The position numbers and the translations under genes are program-made. The notes under the pieces are model-generated. The model did not search any database. It saw nothing but the letters and a program-made list of their open reading frames with translations, and was not told the origin of the DNA. From NCBI GenBank assembly GCA_964016885.1, contig OZ024760.1:10664001-10728000 (forward strand): a stretch of 64,000 nucleotides of DNA, read 5' to 3'. Numbering within the stretch: the stretch's first letter is position 1; each line of letters begins with the position of its first letter. This DNA comes from Eledone cirrhosa. Its lineage: Eukaryota. Shown piece after piece: positions 14,419 through 27,733 of this stretch.

Positions 14419-14636
14419 TGAAAGTATAGATAGAGAAGGAAAGAGAGAGAAAGACATAGGGAAAGAGAGAGAAAACAGAGAGCGAAAGAGAGAGAAAGAC
14501 ATATATATATATAGAGAGAGAGAGAGAGCGAGATGATAGATAGATAGAGAGAGGGAGAGGGAAAGAGAGAAATAAATAAGAGAAAAAGAGAAAGAAAAAT
14601 ATATAAAGAAAGAGGGAGAGAAAGAAAGAGAAATAC

Positions 14637-14712
<76 letters not shown>

Positions 14713-14739
14713 ATATATATATATGTGTATATATATATG

Positions 14740-14786
<47 letters not shown>

Positions 14787-15557
14787 GGAGAGGAGAAATA
14801 AATAGAAAAACAAGGGGAGATAATGGAGGAGAAATTTGAATGACAGAGAGAAAGAAAGAGAAAGATATATATAATGAAAGTTAGAGAGGGGGAGAAGAGG
14901 TAGGTAGATATATAAAGAGGGGAGAAAAGAGAAAGATAGACTAATAGAAAGTGATCAGCTCTGTTTCAGGAAGTACATTACACAGAATGGGAGGGGGAGA
15001 GAGAGAACGACATATACAGAGAGAGGAAGAAGAAATCGAAGTAGAGAAAGAAAGACTAATGGAAAGAAAAGAGGAACAAATAAAAACATAGGGGAGGAGG
15101 GGGATAACGGAGGAGAAAATAGAATAACAGAGATAGAGGGAAGCAGAACATAGAAAAAGAAAAAAGTAAAAGACAAAGAGGGAGAACAGAGAAGGAGAGA
15201 AAAAAAAGAAAGAGATAAATAGATTTAAAAAAAAAAGGAGTGGGAAAGAGAGAACAAATGGAAAGACAATAAGAAATAAAGGGAGAGAAAATAGAGAAAG
15301 CGAGGTAAAATGACAGACAAAGAAACGAGAACAGATAGAAAGACACAAAGAGAGAAAGAAAGGGGAAAGGAAAGGGTCAGATAAAAAGACAAACGTAGAG
15401 ATGATAGAGAGAGAGAGAAATGGGGATTAAGGGTAGAAGAGAGAAAGACAAAGTGAAAAAAGAGGAGTGACAAATAGAAAAAGAGAGAGAGATAGGGGAA
15501 AGAAAGACAGACACGAAGACAGGGTGAGAAAGAAAGAAAGAAAAAGGAGTGACAAAT

Positions 15558-15599
<42 letters not shown>

Positions 15600-15850
15600 C
15601 AGAAAGACAAATATAGAGATAGGGGAAAGAAAGACAGTCACGAAGACAGGGTGAGAAAGAAAGAAAAAGGAGTGACAAATAGAAGAGTGACAAAGAGAGA
15701 GAAGATAGAGGGATGAAAGACAGAAGACAGATAGAATGACAGACATAGAGAGAGGGAAGAGATAGACAGACAGATAGAAGATGAGAGAAAGACAGAGAGA
15801 AGGTGAGAAGAGATGAAACATTTATAAGGGGCAGAGAGACAAATAGCGAA
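13840..15850. repeat. Purine-rich (GA/TA/TG) low-complexity tract
   Basis: Direct inspection. Confidence 0.9.
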
Positions 15851-16272
15851 AAGATGGACATCCCCAAATTAGACGGTTCCACACCCGCTCAATAATTTCG
15901 AGGGATTTTCCACCAAATATGCTATTAATATTTAATCTCAATATCTAATATATATATTATTGCTTGTGCTGTTAATATTTATAATACATTTTATTATTTC
16001 TGTGTCTGCTATTGTTTATAATTTTTATCATTATATATATATATTATATATAGGGAATGTAACGTAACACATTTATTCTCTTACATATGTTATAAACAGA
16101 CGAAACTCCAGAGTAACAAGCCTCACTGTGTAGTCTTAATAAAATGAATATTTAAAAACTCTACTTCGGACTTGAGTACTTTTTTCCTCTCAGCCATCAA
16201 CTACATACGGATATATATTATCAACTACATACGGATATATATATTCTACCAGCCGAAATACGATTCTCGTTG

Positions 16273-16356
<84 letters not shown>

Positions 16357-16449
16357 GAAGTAATACCGTCGGAAAGGTCCAGGAAAAAAGAGTGCTCTAT
16401 GTAGGTTACAGAGCTTATTAGTTATGTAATAAACAACATAAGATAATTA

Positions 16450-16509
16450 TTTCATTTACCAGTGGTTTCTTGAAAGCAAACAAATTTGCTTTCAGTCATC
16501 AGAATGAAA
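16450..16509 (-). ncRNA. Type I hammerhead ribozyme (family C)
   Basis: Minus strand TTTCATT-CTGATGA-c-TGAAAGCAAA-tttg-TTTGCTTTCA-a-GAAA-CCA-c-TGG-TA-AATGAAA: 7-bp stem I, 10-bp stem II, GUA cleavage triplet. Confidence 0.8.
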
Positions 16510-16645
16510 AAATCCTGGTGTTTTTATTGAATGTGGATTTGAAAATCTATGTGAATGTCTTCATTTATTATTATTCTGTATATCATCATCATCATCACCG
16601 TTTTACGTCCGTTCTTCCACGCTAGCATGGGTTAGACGGGTTGTC

Positions 16646-17510
16646 CTGCAGTCTCTGTCCCTCATCATCGCTGCCATGTCCTGCATCTCCAAGAGCCCTG
16701 TGTCTGTCCTTAGGGCATCAACATATGTCAACCTCGGTTTCCCTCTTCTAGTGTGTCCGTATAGGGGCTCCCATAGGAGCACTGAGTGCAGTGTCAACTC
16801 TGGATGTCGGTGAACATGTCCAGCTAACCTCAGTCTCCTCTGTGTTACTCTCGAGCTGACTTTTGGGAGGCCCCCGTACAGCTCTGAGTTCTTCATACTC
16901 AGTGTATACTGATTAATGTTTAGAGCCATCCTCAGCATTCTCGTGTAGCACCCATCCACCATCTGAGTGAGTCTTTTTGTCAGTTTCCAAGTCTCAGACC
17001 CGTACAGCAGCACAGACTCGACTGTAACAACGAAGAGACGACGGATCTTCAGGTCTTTACAAAGGTCCGACTTCCACACCGATCTCAGACTGTGGCACGC
17101 CACCCAGGCTTTGCTCTTCTTCTCAACCACATTATCCTCTGTCTTCCCAATCTTTGCTCCCAGATACAGGAAGACCTCAACCAGCTCTAGTGGCTTCCCA
17201 TCTACATTAGTAATCTTCTCTGGCTTCTTAATATTCTCTACCAGATACTTCCCCTTAATCTCATTCATTCTCAGCCCCACACTCATCGACACAGTCTCCA
17301 CCTCCTGCATCAAATCCTCTGCCTCCTTCACTGTGTTTGTCACCAGAACTAATGTCGTCGGCAAATTCAGCATCCGATACCTTTTTCGCCTTAACTCTCC
17401 TGCTCTGAGCCAGTGCTACAGTAAAGCCAAAGTCCTGGTGTTTCTCCAGTGCAAGACACACAATAGTCCACTGCGATGATAGAGAGCCAATGTATCTCCC
17501 TGGAGCACTC
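16646..17510 (-). mobile_element. Second RTE-group LINE family, RT-thumb fragment
   Basis: GVLQGDTLA, FADD, FLYLG, LLYGSETW, RLRLAGHVHRH; a type A RTE 3' end (16583-16648) abuts it. Confidence 0.85.
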
Positions 17511-17529
17511 ATACATATATATATACATA

Positions 17530-17812
17530 CATCTATCTATCTAAGGCGGGTAAAATTCCCGAGATCCATGGACGAGTTCTCTCCAGCTGTCTCTGTCCCT
17601 CATTATCGCTGCCATATCCTGCATCTCCAACAGACCAGTGTCTGTCCTTAGGGCATCAACATATGTTAACCTTGGTCTTCCTCTTCTAGTGTGTCCATGT
17701 AGGGGCTCCCACAGGAGCACTGAGTGCAATGTCAACTCTGGATGTCGATGAGCATGTCCAGCCAACCTCAGTCTCCTCTGTGTTACTCTCGAGCTGACTT
17801 TTGGGATGCTCC
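17530..17812 (-). mobile_element. 3' end of the same second RTE-group family, (GATA)n tail
   Basis: Near-duplicate of 16650-16870; ORF ends REFYPP* then ATAGATAGAT. Confidence 0.85.
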
Positions 17813-17982
17813 ATACATATATATATATATAATAAATATATATATATATATATAATAAAAATATATATATATAATAATAATATATATATATAATAATAAT
17901 ATATATATATAATAATAATAATAATTGTTTCTACTTTAGGCACAAGGCCAGCAATAACCCAGTGTATTACTGGTACTTTATT

Positions 17983-18014
<32 letters not shown>

Positions 18015-18016
<2 letters not shown>

Positions 18017-18245
18017 TTTCATTTATTAGCCCCAAGGGCCGACATGTAGGGGACAATACAAGGACAGGGACAGTGGGGGGTTTACAATAAGGTCGAGTAA
18101 AAGTACACAATGGCAAGACTAATTTAACAATGAAGATATAAAAATATAAAATAAACTATGCATAAATATAACAAAATAAATTCCCCAATAGGGGGTGGAC
18201 GACCCTGGGGTGATTCGGGTACCCCACCAATCCTGAACCACCCTG
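18015..18245 (-). mobile_element. Tx1/L1-type 3'UTR end embedded in (AAT)n
   Basis: Minus strand ends TTGTCCCC...CCCTTGGGGCTAATAAATGAAA, similar to Tx1 ends at 48600, 49480, 51075; second copy 18440-18540. Confidence 0.65.
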
Positions 18246-19174
18246 TAATAATAATAATAATTGTTTCTACTTTAGGCACAAGGCCAGCAATTACCCAGTG
18301 CATTACTGGTACTTTATTTTATCGACCCCGTAAGGATGAAAGGCAAAGTCAACCTCGGCGGGATTTGAACTCAGATCGTAAAGGGACGTAACTATGCTGG
18401 AAAGCATGGCGTCCGACCCTCTACCGATACTAATAATAATACTTTCTTTATTAACCACAAGGGTTTACATAAAGTAGACATTAAGGACAGTACAGGACAA
18501 TACAGGACGGTACAAATGGGCATTAACTGCGTGTAAAAAAAACAATAATAATAATAATTGTTTCTACTTTAGGCACAAGGCCAGCAATTATCCAGTGTAT
18601 TACTGGTACTTTATTTTATCGACCCTGTAAGGATGAAAGGCAAAGTCAACCTCGGCGGGATTTGAACTCAGATCGTAAAGGGACGTAACTATGCTGGAAA
18701 GCATGGCGTCCGACTCTCCACCGATACTGCCAATCCACTAATAATAATAATAAAAAATAATAATAATAATAATGAAATTATTGTGTAAAGTGCTCAGGTG
18801 CACTGCAACTCGTCAAAGGTGCATGTATAGTACATAAAAAGGTAGGGAGCCAATGTATCTCCCTGGAGCACTCCAGCCAGTATCTCAAAGAACTCTGTCA
18901 TCCCATCAGGTGTGATGACTTAGGCTTTGGCTTTGGTGTATATACGTATATATATGTGTGTGTGTGTATGTATATATATATATATGTGTGTGTGTATGTA
19001 TATATATGTGTGCGTGTGTCTATATATATATATGTGTGTGTGTGTGTATGTATGTGTGTGTGTGTGTGTATGTGTGTAGGAGTGGACTTAAAATCTTCTC
19101 TAACCACGTTTTCCTTGTCATGTCAAGTCTTTATTCTCCTTAAAAAACACAGACACATTCTATTATACATACTC

Positions 19175-19475
19175 TGCCACCACCCACACCACTGCTGCTA
19201 CTGCCACCACCCACACCACCACCACCATTACTAGCAACACTACCATCACCAACACCACCACCACCACCACCACCACCATCACCATTACTAGCAACAACAC
19301 CACCACCACCACCATCACCATCAACACCTGGATCACCACCACCAACACCACCATCACCACCACCACCACCACTACCACCACCATCACCACCACCACCACC
19401 ATCACCACCACTACCACCACCACCACCAACACCTGGATCACCATCACCACCACCACCACCTCGATCACCACCACC
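19175..19475. repeat. (CAC)n microsatellite
   Basis: Direct inspection. Confidence 0.9.
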
Positions 19476-19849
19476 GCTCTCTTATAATGGAAGGAGGAGG
19501 GAGAGCTGCATTCTCTAAACCTCACCACCCTCACTACTTCTTTCTCTTCCTCTTCCTCTCATTCATTCTTAACTAGCCAACTATTTATTAGCATTAGTAG
19601 TAATAGTAGTAGTGGTGTTAGTAGTGTTAGTAGTATTAGTATTATGCCGGCAGTCTTAGAATGGTGAGAATGATTATTTATTTATTTTATAACGGCTGAC
19701 CGTTTACGATATTCCTCTCTCTATCCCTTTCTCTTTCCCTCTCTCCGTCTCCCCCCTCCCTCTATCTCTCTTTCTCTCTCATATATATGTGTGTATATAT
19801 ATATATATATACACACAAATATGTATGTGTGTGCGTGTGTATTTTTATG

Positions 19850-19882
<33 letters not shown>

Positions 19883-19884
<2 letters not shown>

Positions 19885-20026
19885 GGACTCAGAAATAGCC
19901 GTCGAAACGGCTTGAGCTCTGCCGTCGGGGTCATACTTTTTCCTATTTCCCACTCTACTACCCTAAGTATTCAGTACTCTGGTGTGTTATGGTCCATCTG
20001 GTTCCTTACCACAATTCCTTTGTTAT
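19883..20026 (+). mobile_element. Penelope-like pLTR fragment family A
   Basis: Matches the other family A copies. Confidence 0.55.
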
Positions 20027-20061
20027 ATATATATATATATATATATATAAATATATATATA

Positions 20062-20267
20062 TGTGGCCGTGTAGGCAACACGGTAAAAACCACCCAGACC
20101 CACACTGTAAATGTGGTTGGTGTTAGGAAGGGCATCCAGCCGTAGAAAACCCGCCAGATAGTCCTATGCGAGCAAGACAACCACTCTTGCCTCAAGTGGG
20201 AAAACTCCCGTCCAAACCCATGCAAGCGTGGAATATGGACGTTAAACGATGATGATGATGATGATGA
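20062..20267 (+). mobile_element. RTE type A 3'UTR fragment
   Basis: Matches 6280-6478; (GAT)n tail. Confidence 0.88.
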
Positions 20268-20279
20268 TATATATTCATA

Positions 20280-20582
20280 GATCGGTGTCTCCACTGAATT
20301 GAAGTGCCCTGAGTGTGGAAAAAATTTGCTTGAGCAAATCTGGTCTCAGGAGCCACAATGGCAGCCATGTTCAAAGAGAACCAGTGAACTATGATCTCCA
20401 CGGTGTTGAGAGGGTTCACGGGCAACCTGATGCAGGACCTCAAGCCAGAGGAGATCCATAGTTGTCGTCAGTGTGTGAAGGAGTGCAAGTCTCTAGCAGG
20501 CTTGAAAAGCCATATCCGAGCGTCTCACATCTGGATCTGACAAGCGATTACAATACTCTTAGCAGAGTTTGCAGCCATCATA
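20280..20582 (+). mobile_element. LINE 3' end with C2H2 zinc finger (RTE-like), decayed
   Basis: 20463-20528 encodes CRQCVKECKSLAGLKSHIRASH; 3' end resembles 23285-23315. Confidence 0.6.
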
Positions 20583-21717
20583 TTTATAGATACACACACA
20601 TAAAGAGGCGTTAATAATTTGATAGATGTATAAACGAATACACAAACACATAGATGAGAATACAAATACATACATACCCATGAGACATACATTGAAGCAG
20701 TCAACCATACACACATTTTTTTTTTACTATAATTTTTAAAAAATATTCTTTTAAGATTTCATTTTATACTTCAAGATATACTACAAACTGTAGAGACCTG
20801 CCTTACTATAAATTGGATCTGGTTCTATGTATCTCACATTTTATCACCCCACCCCATCTTAAAAGTTTCTTAGTGGTTAGAGAATTGGATTGACAATCGT
20901 GAGGTTGTGAGTTTGATTCCCAGACCAGGCGATGTGTTATGTCCTTGAACAAGACACCTTATTTCACATTGCTCCTTCTGTCAAGAGTTGCGACCTGCAG
21001 CTAGTATCTGCAATGGAAACATTGTTCCCTTTGTCCAATTTGACGAGTTCCACCTCCACTCTTTCAGATCAGGTCTGAGATCTTTGTTGATCCATTCATC
21101 CCTTCTTTCTTATTCAAATTAAAATCTTCCAGCATACTGATGTTAAGTTATCGTTCTCAAAATAAATAATATCAAAATCTCATAGATTCAATATTATGTG
21201 AGGTAAAGCCTTTACCACAAAAATACAATAGTAAATATAGAGTAATGTATATTACCATATTTCTAATTAAAAACACTCTCTGTTATAAACCTTTTCATTA
21301 CCATATTTCTAATTAAAGACACTTCCTGTTATAAACCCTTTCATTACCATATTTGTAAGACATGACACAACACAATGCTCAGTTTTTCTTTCTAGAAGCC
21401 ACTCAGTCTGAAGAAACTGACCAAATTGAGATTATTTGAGATAACACTTTCTTCAGCCCATTCTGCTCTCATTTCTCAGCAGATGTAGCACTTAGCCAAA
21501 AACTCCAGCCCTCTCGACAGAGATGGCACCTCAATAAAGATTAGTTCAATGTCTCTTGTCAGACTACAACTGCATTTAAGCAAACCAACCACACAAACAT
21601 AACACACAATTTACTTGTTCTTTATTGTTTTCCTATGTCAACAATAGCTTTAATGTAAGTTATTTCTTAATAAAAATTGTTATAGTAGTGATTTTTATTG
21701 TTGTTCATTGGATATTA

Positions 21718-22140
21718 ATGATTGTTTCTACTTTTGGCACAAGGCCAGCAATTACCCCAGTGTATTACTGGTACTTTATTTTACTGACCCCGTAATAATT
21801 GTTTCTACTTTTGGCACAAGGCCAGCAATTACCCCAGTGTATTACTGGTATTTTATTTTACTGACCCCGTAATAATTGTTTCTACTTTTGGCACAAGGCC
21901 AGCAATTACTCCAGTGCATTACTGGTACTTTATTTTACTGACCCCGTAATAATTGTTTCTACTTTTGGCACAAGGCCAGCAATTACCTCAGTACATTACT
22001 GGTACTTTATTTTATCGACCCCGTAAGGATGAAAGGCAAAGCTAACCTCAGCTGGATTTGAACTCAGAACATAAAGGGACGTAACTCTATGCCGCAAAGC
22101 ATGGTGTCTGATGCTCTACCGACACTGCCAATCCACACCG
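21718..22140 (-). mobile_element. SINE family 2 with three extra tandem 77-bp copies of its 3' part
   Basis: GTTTCTACTTTTGGCAC at 21724, 21801, 21878, 21955. Confidence 0.9.
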
Positions 22141-22707
22141 CTTTCATTGGATATTATTAATGGCAGCTTTACTTTTAAGCTTCAGCTTTCAACTCCTGGC
22201 TATGACAACAAGTACAGAGATCCGCTGTACTCTGACCTGGAGAGGGAAGGGCCCCACCAGACTTCAAATGCCCAAGGCTCTACGACTCTATCAGGATTTA
22301 TGGGACTGAGAGAAAAATGAGGTGATGAAGTGGAGATAAGAACTTTATCAAAATTAATAAAATTTGATGAGTGTTTTTTGATGTGAGTTCTTTTGTTATC
22401 GTTTTTGACTGCACTGGGCTGTATTTTGTCAATAAATTTAGGTGAATGCAATTTTCTCTTGGTGCTAAGAATAGTACATAGTGAGATTTTACTGTGGAAT
22501 TTTTGTTAAGGAATTTTTTACGTGCTAAAAATAGTAAATGCTCATGGTTTTGTTTGAATATTTATTGTTTAATGTGATGTTTTGTTGTTTTTTTGTCTCT
22601 GGATATTAACATCATCAAGGCTAGCAGTGGATTTGTGTATTATTGCTCATAGACACCTGTGGTTATATATGTGTCTGTATGTATATGTATATATATATAT
22701 ATATGTA

Positions 22708-23320
22708 TGTCAGGTCACCAGTTGGTGCTACTGGTAACATGTATCCCAGTACAACCTGTCTCATGGTCGGGTCGTTGGCGACTAAACTGGCAACCCCACC
22801 AAGGTTTCTTGGTGAGGAGGGTGACTTTGGACATCCTGCAGGACTAAAAACAAAACCTGTCAAAGGGCAAAGGAGCTCTTAAGAGTCAATGGCCATCCAA
22901 AATCACCGGGAGAGATGACCCCTTAGCCTTTGTCAAGGCAGAATTCTAGGAGAAGGAAAACTCTGATATAACACCTGCAACCCTGATGGTATCCAATGAT
23001 GTTGACTTGTTCTTCTTTTTGGTAAATATCATCTTGGTTAAGAGAGTGGGACTGGCTTTGTGCAGTGCCTTTGCTCACTATAAAAGCTTCACAGCACAGG
23101 CATTGCTTTATATCTGGAGATCTCTCTGCACTTGTCCTCACATGGTACCATGGGCCCAGCACTGTGTCAATAATTGTCACAAGTGTAGTGTTTGTACCGG
23201 AGTTTTCAATAAGCTGGCTGGACTAAAAAGTCACACTCGTTCAGCGCATCGGTAGGGGTTCTCCTACATGGATATAAAGTAGTGGCCGTACTCGAAAACG
23301 AGTTGGCAGCCACCATATAT
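22708..23320 (+). mobile_element. Internally deleted RTE-like element (5'UTR-like part plus C2H2 3' end)
   Basis: GGAGAAGGAAAACTCTGA 5'UTR-like motif; CSVCTGVFNKLAGLKSHTRSAH* near end; TA-repeat flanks. Confidence 0.5.
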
Positions 23321-23617
23321 ATATATCTTAGATTGAGTTAGAAACTCAAAATAGTCTTTTACAATTAAATAGCTCAAGGAAGGGAATCTTTCCGAGCCGT
23401 GTAATACAATTGAATATATGAGAGGGGTCAACACAGATACAAGTATACATGTGTTCCAATTGCAAATGACCAAGTTAGCTAGGTTGAAAAAAATAGATGT
23501 TAAACGGTGACGATGGCGACCCCGACCAGCCTTGCCTCAAGTGGGACAACTCCCGTCTAACCCATGCTAGCGTTGAAAATGGATGTTTAACGAAGAAGAT
23601 GATGATGATATATATAT

Positions 23618-23828
23618 ATCGACTTTCGTCAAATAGGACCAAGGAAACAATGTTTCCATTGGTCTTTCCAATTGCTAATACTATCTATCGGTCGCAACTC
23701 CAGGTAGAAGGAGCAACGTAAAATAAAGTGTCTTGCCCAAGGACATAACGTTATGCCCGGCCCAGGAACTGAACTCACAACCTCATGATTGCAAATCCAA
23801 TTCTCTAACCACTCAGCCACACACCTTC
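23618..23828 (-). mobile_element. tRNA/CORE SINE family 3 (different tail)
   Basis: tRNA head plus TGTCCTTGGGCAAGACACTT core; copies at 60145-60357 (-) and 20870-21045 (+). Confidence 0.85.
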
Positions 23829-24213
23829 ATATATATATATGTACATACTTAATTACAATTATATATTGTATAAACACAGCTACATTTTTCTCATATACAA
23901 AGATAAATAATTGTTTAATATCTCTTTACAGTTGTATATTCAAAGAATAAAGATGTATTAATCCAATATGTCGCTTCCTAACTTCAAACTGTCTGCCGCC
24001 AAATGGCTCCAGGCCAAATGACCAGCACCAGATCATCTGTACCTAATCGACCTATTTCATGTATATCTCCACATAGATTGCACATATACACATGTCTGTG
24101 AGTATGTGTGTATCATTATCATCATCATCACCGTTTAACATATATATACACGCACATATAAATATATATACATACATATACACACATATATATATATACA
24201 TACATATACACAC

Positions 24214-24329
<116 letters not shown>

Positions 24330-24912
24330 GAAACACTTAGTGTAAGGAAGCTGTAAAAACAGCAAAATGGCGTTGAAACAGTATTGTGTAAAACATTACC
24401 TCAAAGCGGTAATCAGTGGCTCAAAGTGAGTTTGGCTCAAAGAATTGATAGGAAGGAAGAACTAGAATGGATGATAGGAAATCGCAAAATTTAAATACAC
24501 TCATCAGCTTTCAGACCACCTACAGTTTCAACGATTTGACTGAAAGGACTGTAGGGTTGTCTTTTCTTCCCTCTTCCTCTGTTCCCCATTCTTTTGTTCT
24601 CTCCCTTCTCGCCCACTGCTTCTTTTCTTTCTTTCTTTCTTTCTTTCTTTCTCTTCCTCCTCTCACTGCTTCTCTTCTTTCTCTCTCCCTTCTACACGCC
24701 ACTTCCACTTACAATGCCATGTTCTCTCTTTCTTGCGACAACTTGAGGCCGAGTGGATGCACTTCATTTCTCTCTCTCTCTCTCTCTCTCTACCTGTCCC
24801 CACAAACATTATACCAACAGAGATATTTATTTCTCTGTTGTTATGAGCCACCTATCCTTCACAGTCCTTTCAGTCAAATCGTTGAAACTGCAGGTGGTCT
24901 GAAAGCTGATGA

Positions 24913-25817
24913 GTCATCATCATCGTTACCATTTTACGTCCATTCTTCCACGCTAGCATGGGTTAGATGGGTTGCTCTGTTGTGGGAAATGCCAGGTCAG
25001 GTAGGTGACCATGTCTTGCTCATACAGAATTGATTTTGGCTTGATTTCTACAGCAGGATGCCCTTCCTAACACCAACCTCATTTACAGTGAGTACTGGGT
25101 GCTTTTTACCGTGGCACCTACATGGCCACTTCACAGTGTGGATTGGGTGCTTTTTTATCATGACACCTCCACGACCACTTTCCAGTGGGAGGGGGGTGGG
25201 GGCATACTGTCTATATGCTTCAGCTTCGGCTTGTACCCGTGGGAAGTCGAGTCTTCTGTATTACTGCATGACGCCAGAGGTCTCGGTCCCGTGTCATCGC
25301 CTTTGAGAAGTGCAATTGGGCAAGGTCAGCTTTTATCACCTCATCCCAAGGCTTCCATCGACTTCTAGTGCTCTGCACCTTTTTATGCAGCTGTCATCCT
25401 TCATATATATCACATGTCCATACCAATGTAATCTCTTCTCCTGCACACAGCATTTGATTCCTCTTATACTTAGTTTCTCTATCAATTTATTTATGCTTTG
25501 CTGTTCGGGTATATTTCTATTACACACCCATTAGAGCATACAAGCTTCGTTTCTTTCTAACCGATACAAGTCTTCTCTTCTGCACACAACGCCCAAGTCT
25601 CACTACCATGTAATACTGTTGTTCGTATGTATGCATCATGCAGTCTGCCTTTCATTTTGAGGGAAAAGCCTTTTGCAGCCAGCAGTGGTAGTAACTCCCT
25701 GAACTTCTTCCATCCTGTTCTTACCCTAGTTATTGTACTTTCCGAACACCCACCTCCTCTGCTAATTCAGTCACCTAGGTAGCAGAAGCTGTCTACTGTT
25801 TCTACAGAGCCCTCCCA
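24913..25817 (-). mobile_element. RTE type A LINE 3' portion
   Basis: Homologous to 38825-39740; joined to a type B fragment at 25818-26000. Confidence 0.9.
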
Positions 25818-26002
25818 GTCATCCTCCATGCGCATCACATGTCCATACCATCTCAGCCTTCTCTCCTGCACACCACAACTTATCCCTCTTATACCCAATG
25901 TCTTTCTCAACTCGTCTATGCTTGGTCGTTCACACACATTGACATTGCATATCCAACGGAGCATACTTGCTTCATTTCTCTCCAGCTGTCGCATATCTTC
26001 TG

Positions 26003-26074
26003 TATATATATATATATATAAATATATATATATATAATTTATATATATATAAATTTATATATATATATATATAA

Positions 26075-26111
<37 letters not shown>

Positions 26112-26120
26112 TATATATAA

Positions 26121-26159
<39 letters not shown>

Positions 26160-26167
26160 TATATATA

Positions 26168-26203
<36 letters not shown>

Positions 26204-26261
26204 TTATATATAAATTTATATATATATATATAAATTTATATATATATATATATATATATAA

Positions 26262-26303
<42 letters not shown>

Positions 26304-26486
26304 TTATATATATATATATAAATTTATATATATATATATAAATTTATATATATATATATAATTTATATATATATATATATATATATATAAATTTATATAT
26401 ATATATATAATTTATATATATATAAATTTATATATATATATATATAATTTATATATATATATATATAATTTATATATATATAAATT

Positions 26487-26526
<40 letters not shown>

Positions 26527-26543
26527 TTATATATATATATATT
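26003..26543. repeat. (TA)n with AAATTT interruptions
   Basis: Direct inspection. Confidence 0.95.
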
Positions 26544-26911
26544 TCACAGTCATTAAACTGGAAGATCAAACACTACCTGCAGTTTAACAGACTTATCTAG
26601 TTCTTTATGTTCATTTAACAGAGTTCCCTCCCTTTATACCCTCATTTAAGAATTTGAGACAAGCACTAACACCAGACCCAGCATCACGTCACTACCCCTG
26701 TTCTCCTGTTCTTTACTCTGCAACATTTTCCCTGCTGACATTGATCTAGTTGCTTTGTGTCTACACAACTAACACTGCCTCTGTCTTTTAATTCCTTTTG
26801 AAAATAACATTAAAAATGTATTTCACTTTTCCTCACTTTAGTAAGCTGGTATTTGAGACATTACTTAACAAAAAAGTCTGAAACAGAATTGTGACAGAGA
26901 GCTATTAATAT

Positions 26912-27127
26912 ACAGTATATACTCGAATATAAGCCAAGGAATATGAAGACAAAAATTCTATGGTAAAATAGGGGAAGAGGGTCGCCTTATATATTCCATC
27001 TAAACAATGTGTTGATTAGCTGCCATGGCTTATAAATGGGGTTTGGATTTTTACATATTTCTCTGACATAAAATAGGGGTGGGTGTGGCTTATATGTGAC
27101 TGCAACTCAATTTCGAGTAATACCATT
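26912..27127. mobile_element. Degenerate pogo/Tigger-like MITE
   Basis: Left end TA-CAGTATATACTCGAATATAAGCC; right end GGCTTATAT...TTCGAGTAATAC is an imperfect inverted repeat. Confidence 0.45.
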
Positions 27128-27387
27128 ACTTGATACTTAAGCATGAGCAGTACGGACGTGAATTTTTAGTCCTGCTAGGGACTTGCCTGTGGCCAGCCAT
27201 GTCATGCATTGCAAAAAATGTCACATATAAAGTGATGCCTATGCTTGAAGCCTTTTTAAGTGAGGAAAGGCTTTGCATGGGGCCAATCCCAATCTCTGAA
27301 CATCGAATGCATTTACCGTGAAAGAAGAACTGGTCTATATCATTGGATGCAAATGAAGTTACAGGTGGACCTTCTCCTAGAGAGATG

Positions 27388-27733
27388 TCATCATCATCAT
27401 CATCATTTCATTTTACGTCCACTTTTCCCTGCTTGCAAGGGTGGGACGGAACTGATGCTGGCTTGATTTCTACAGCTGGATGCCCTTCCTAACACCAACC
27501 TCATTTACAGTGAGTGCTGGGTGCTTTTTGCCGTGGCACCTCCACGACCACTTTGCAGTGGAATGATAGGGACCCCAGTCCCTATCATCTCATTTCTACA
27601 GCTGAGGTAAACTGGAGCAATGTGAAATAAAGTGTCTTGCTCAAGGAAACAACACATCACCCGGTCTGAGAATTGAACTCACAACCTTTTCGATTGCAAG
27701 GCCAATGCTCTAACCACTAAGCCATGTGCCTCC
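27388..27733 (-). mobile_element. CORE-SINE family 1, full length
   Basis: Reverse complement of 36545-36881; possible GATGTC target-site duplication. Confidence 0.92.

Noticed and set aside
21405-21420. Other CTGANGA hits (21408, 24906, 63890)
   Set aside because: No correctly spaced GAAA/stem III/NUH or stem I pairing
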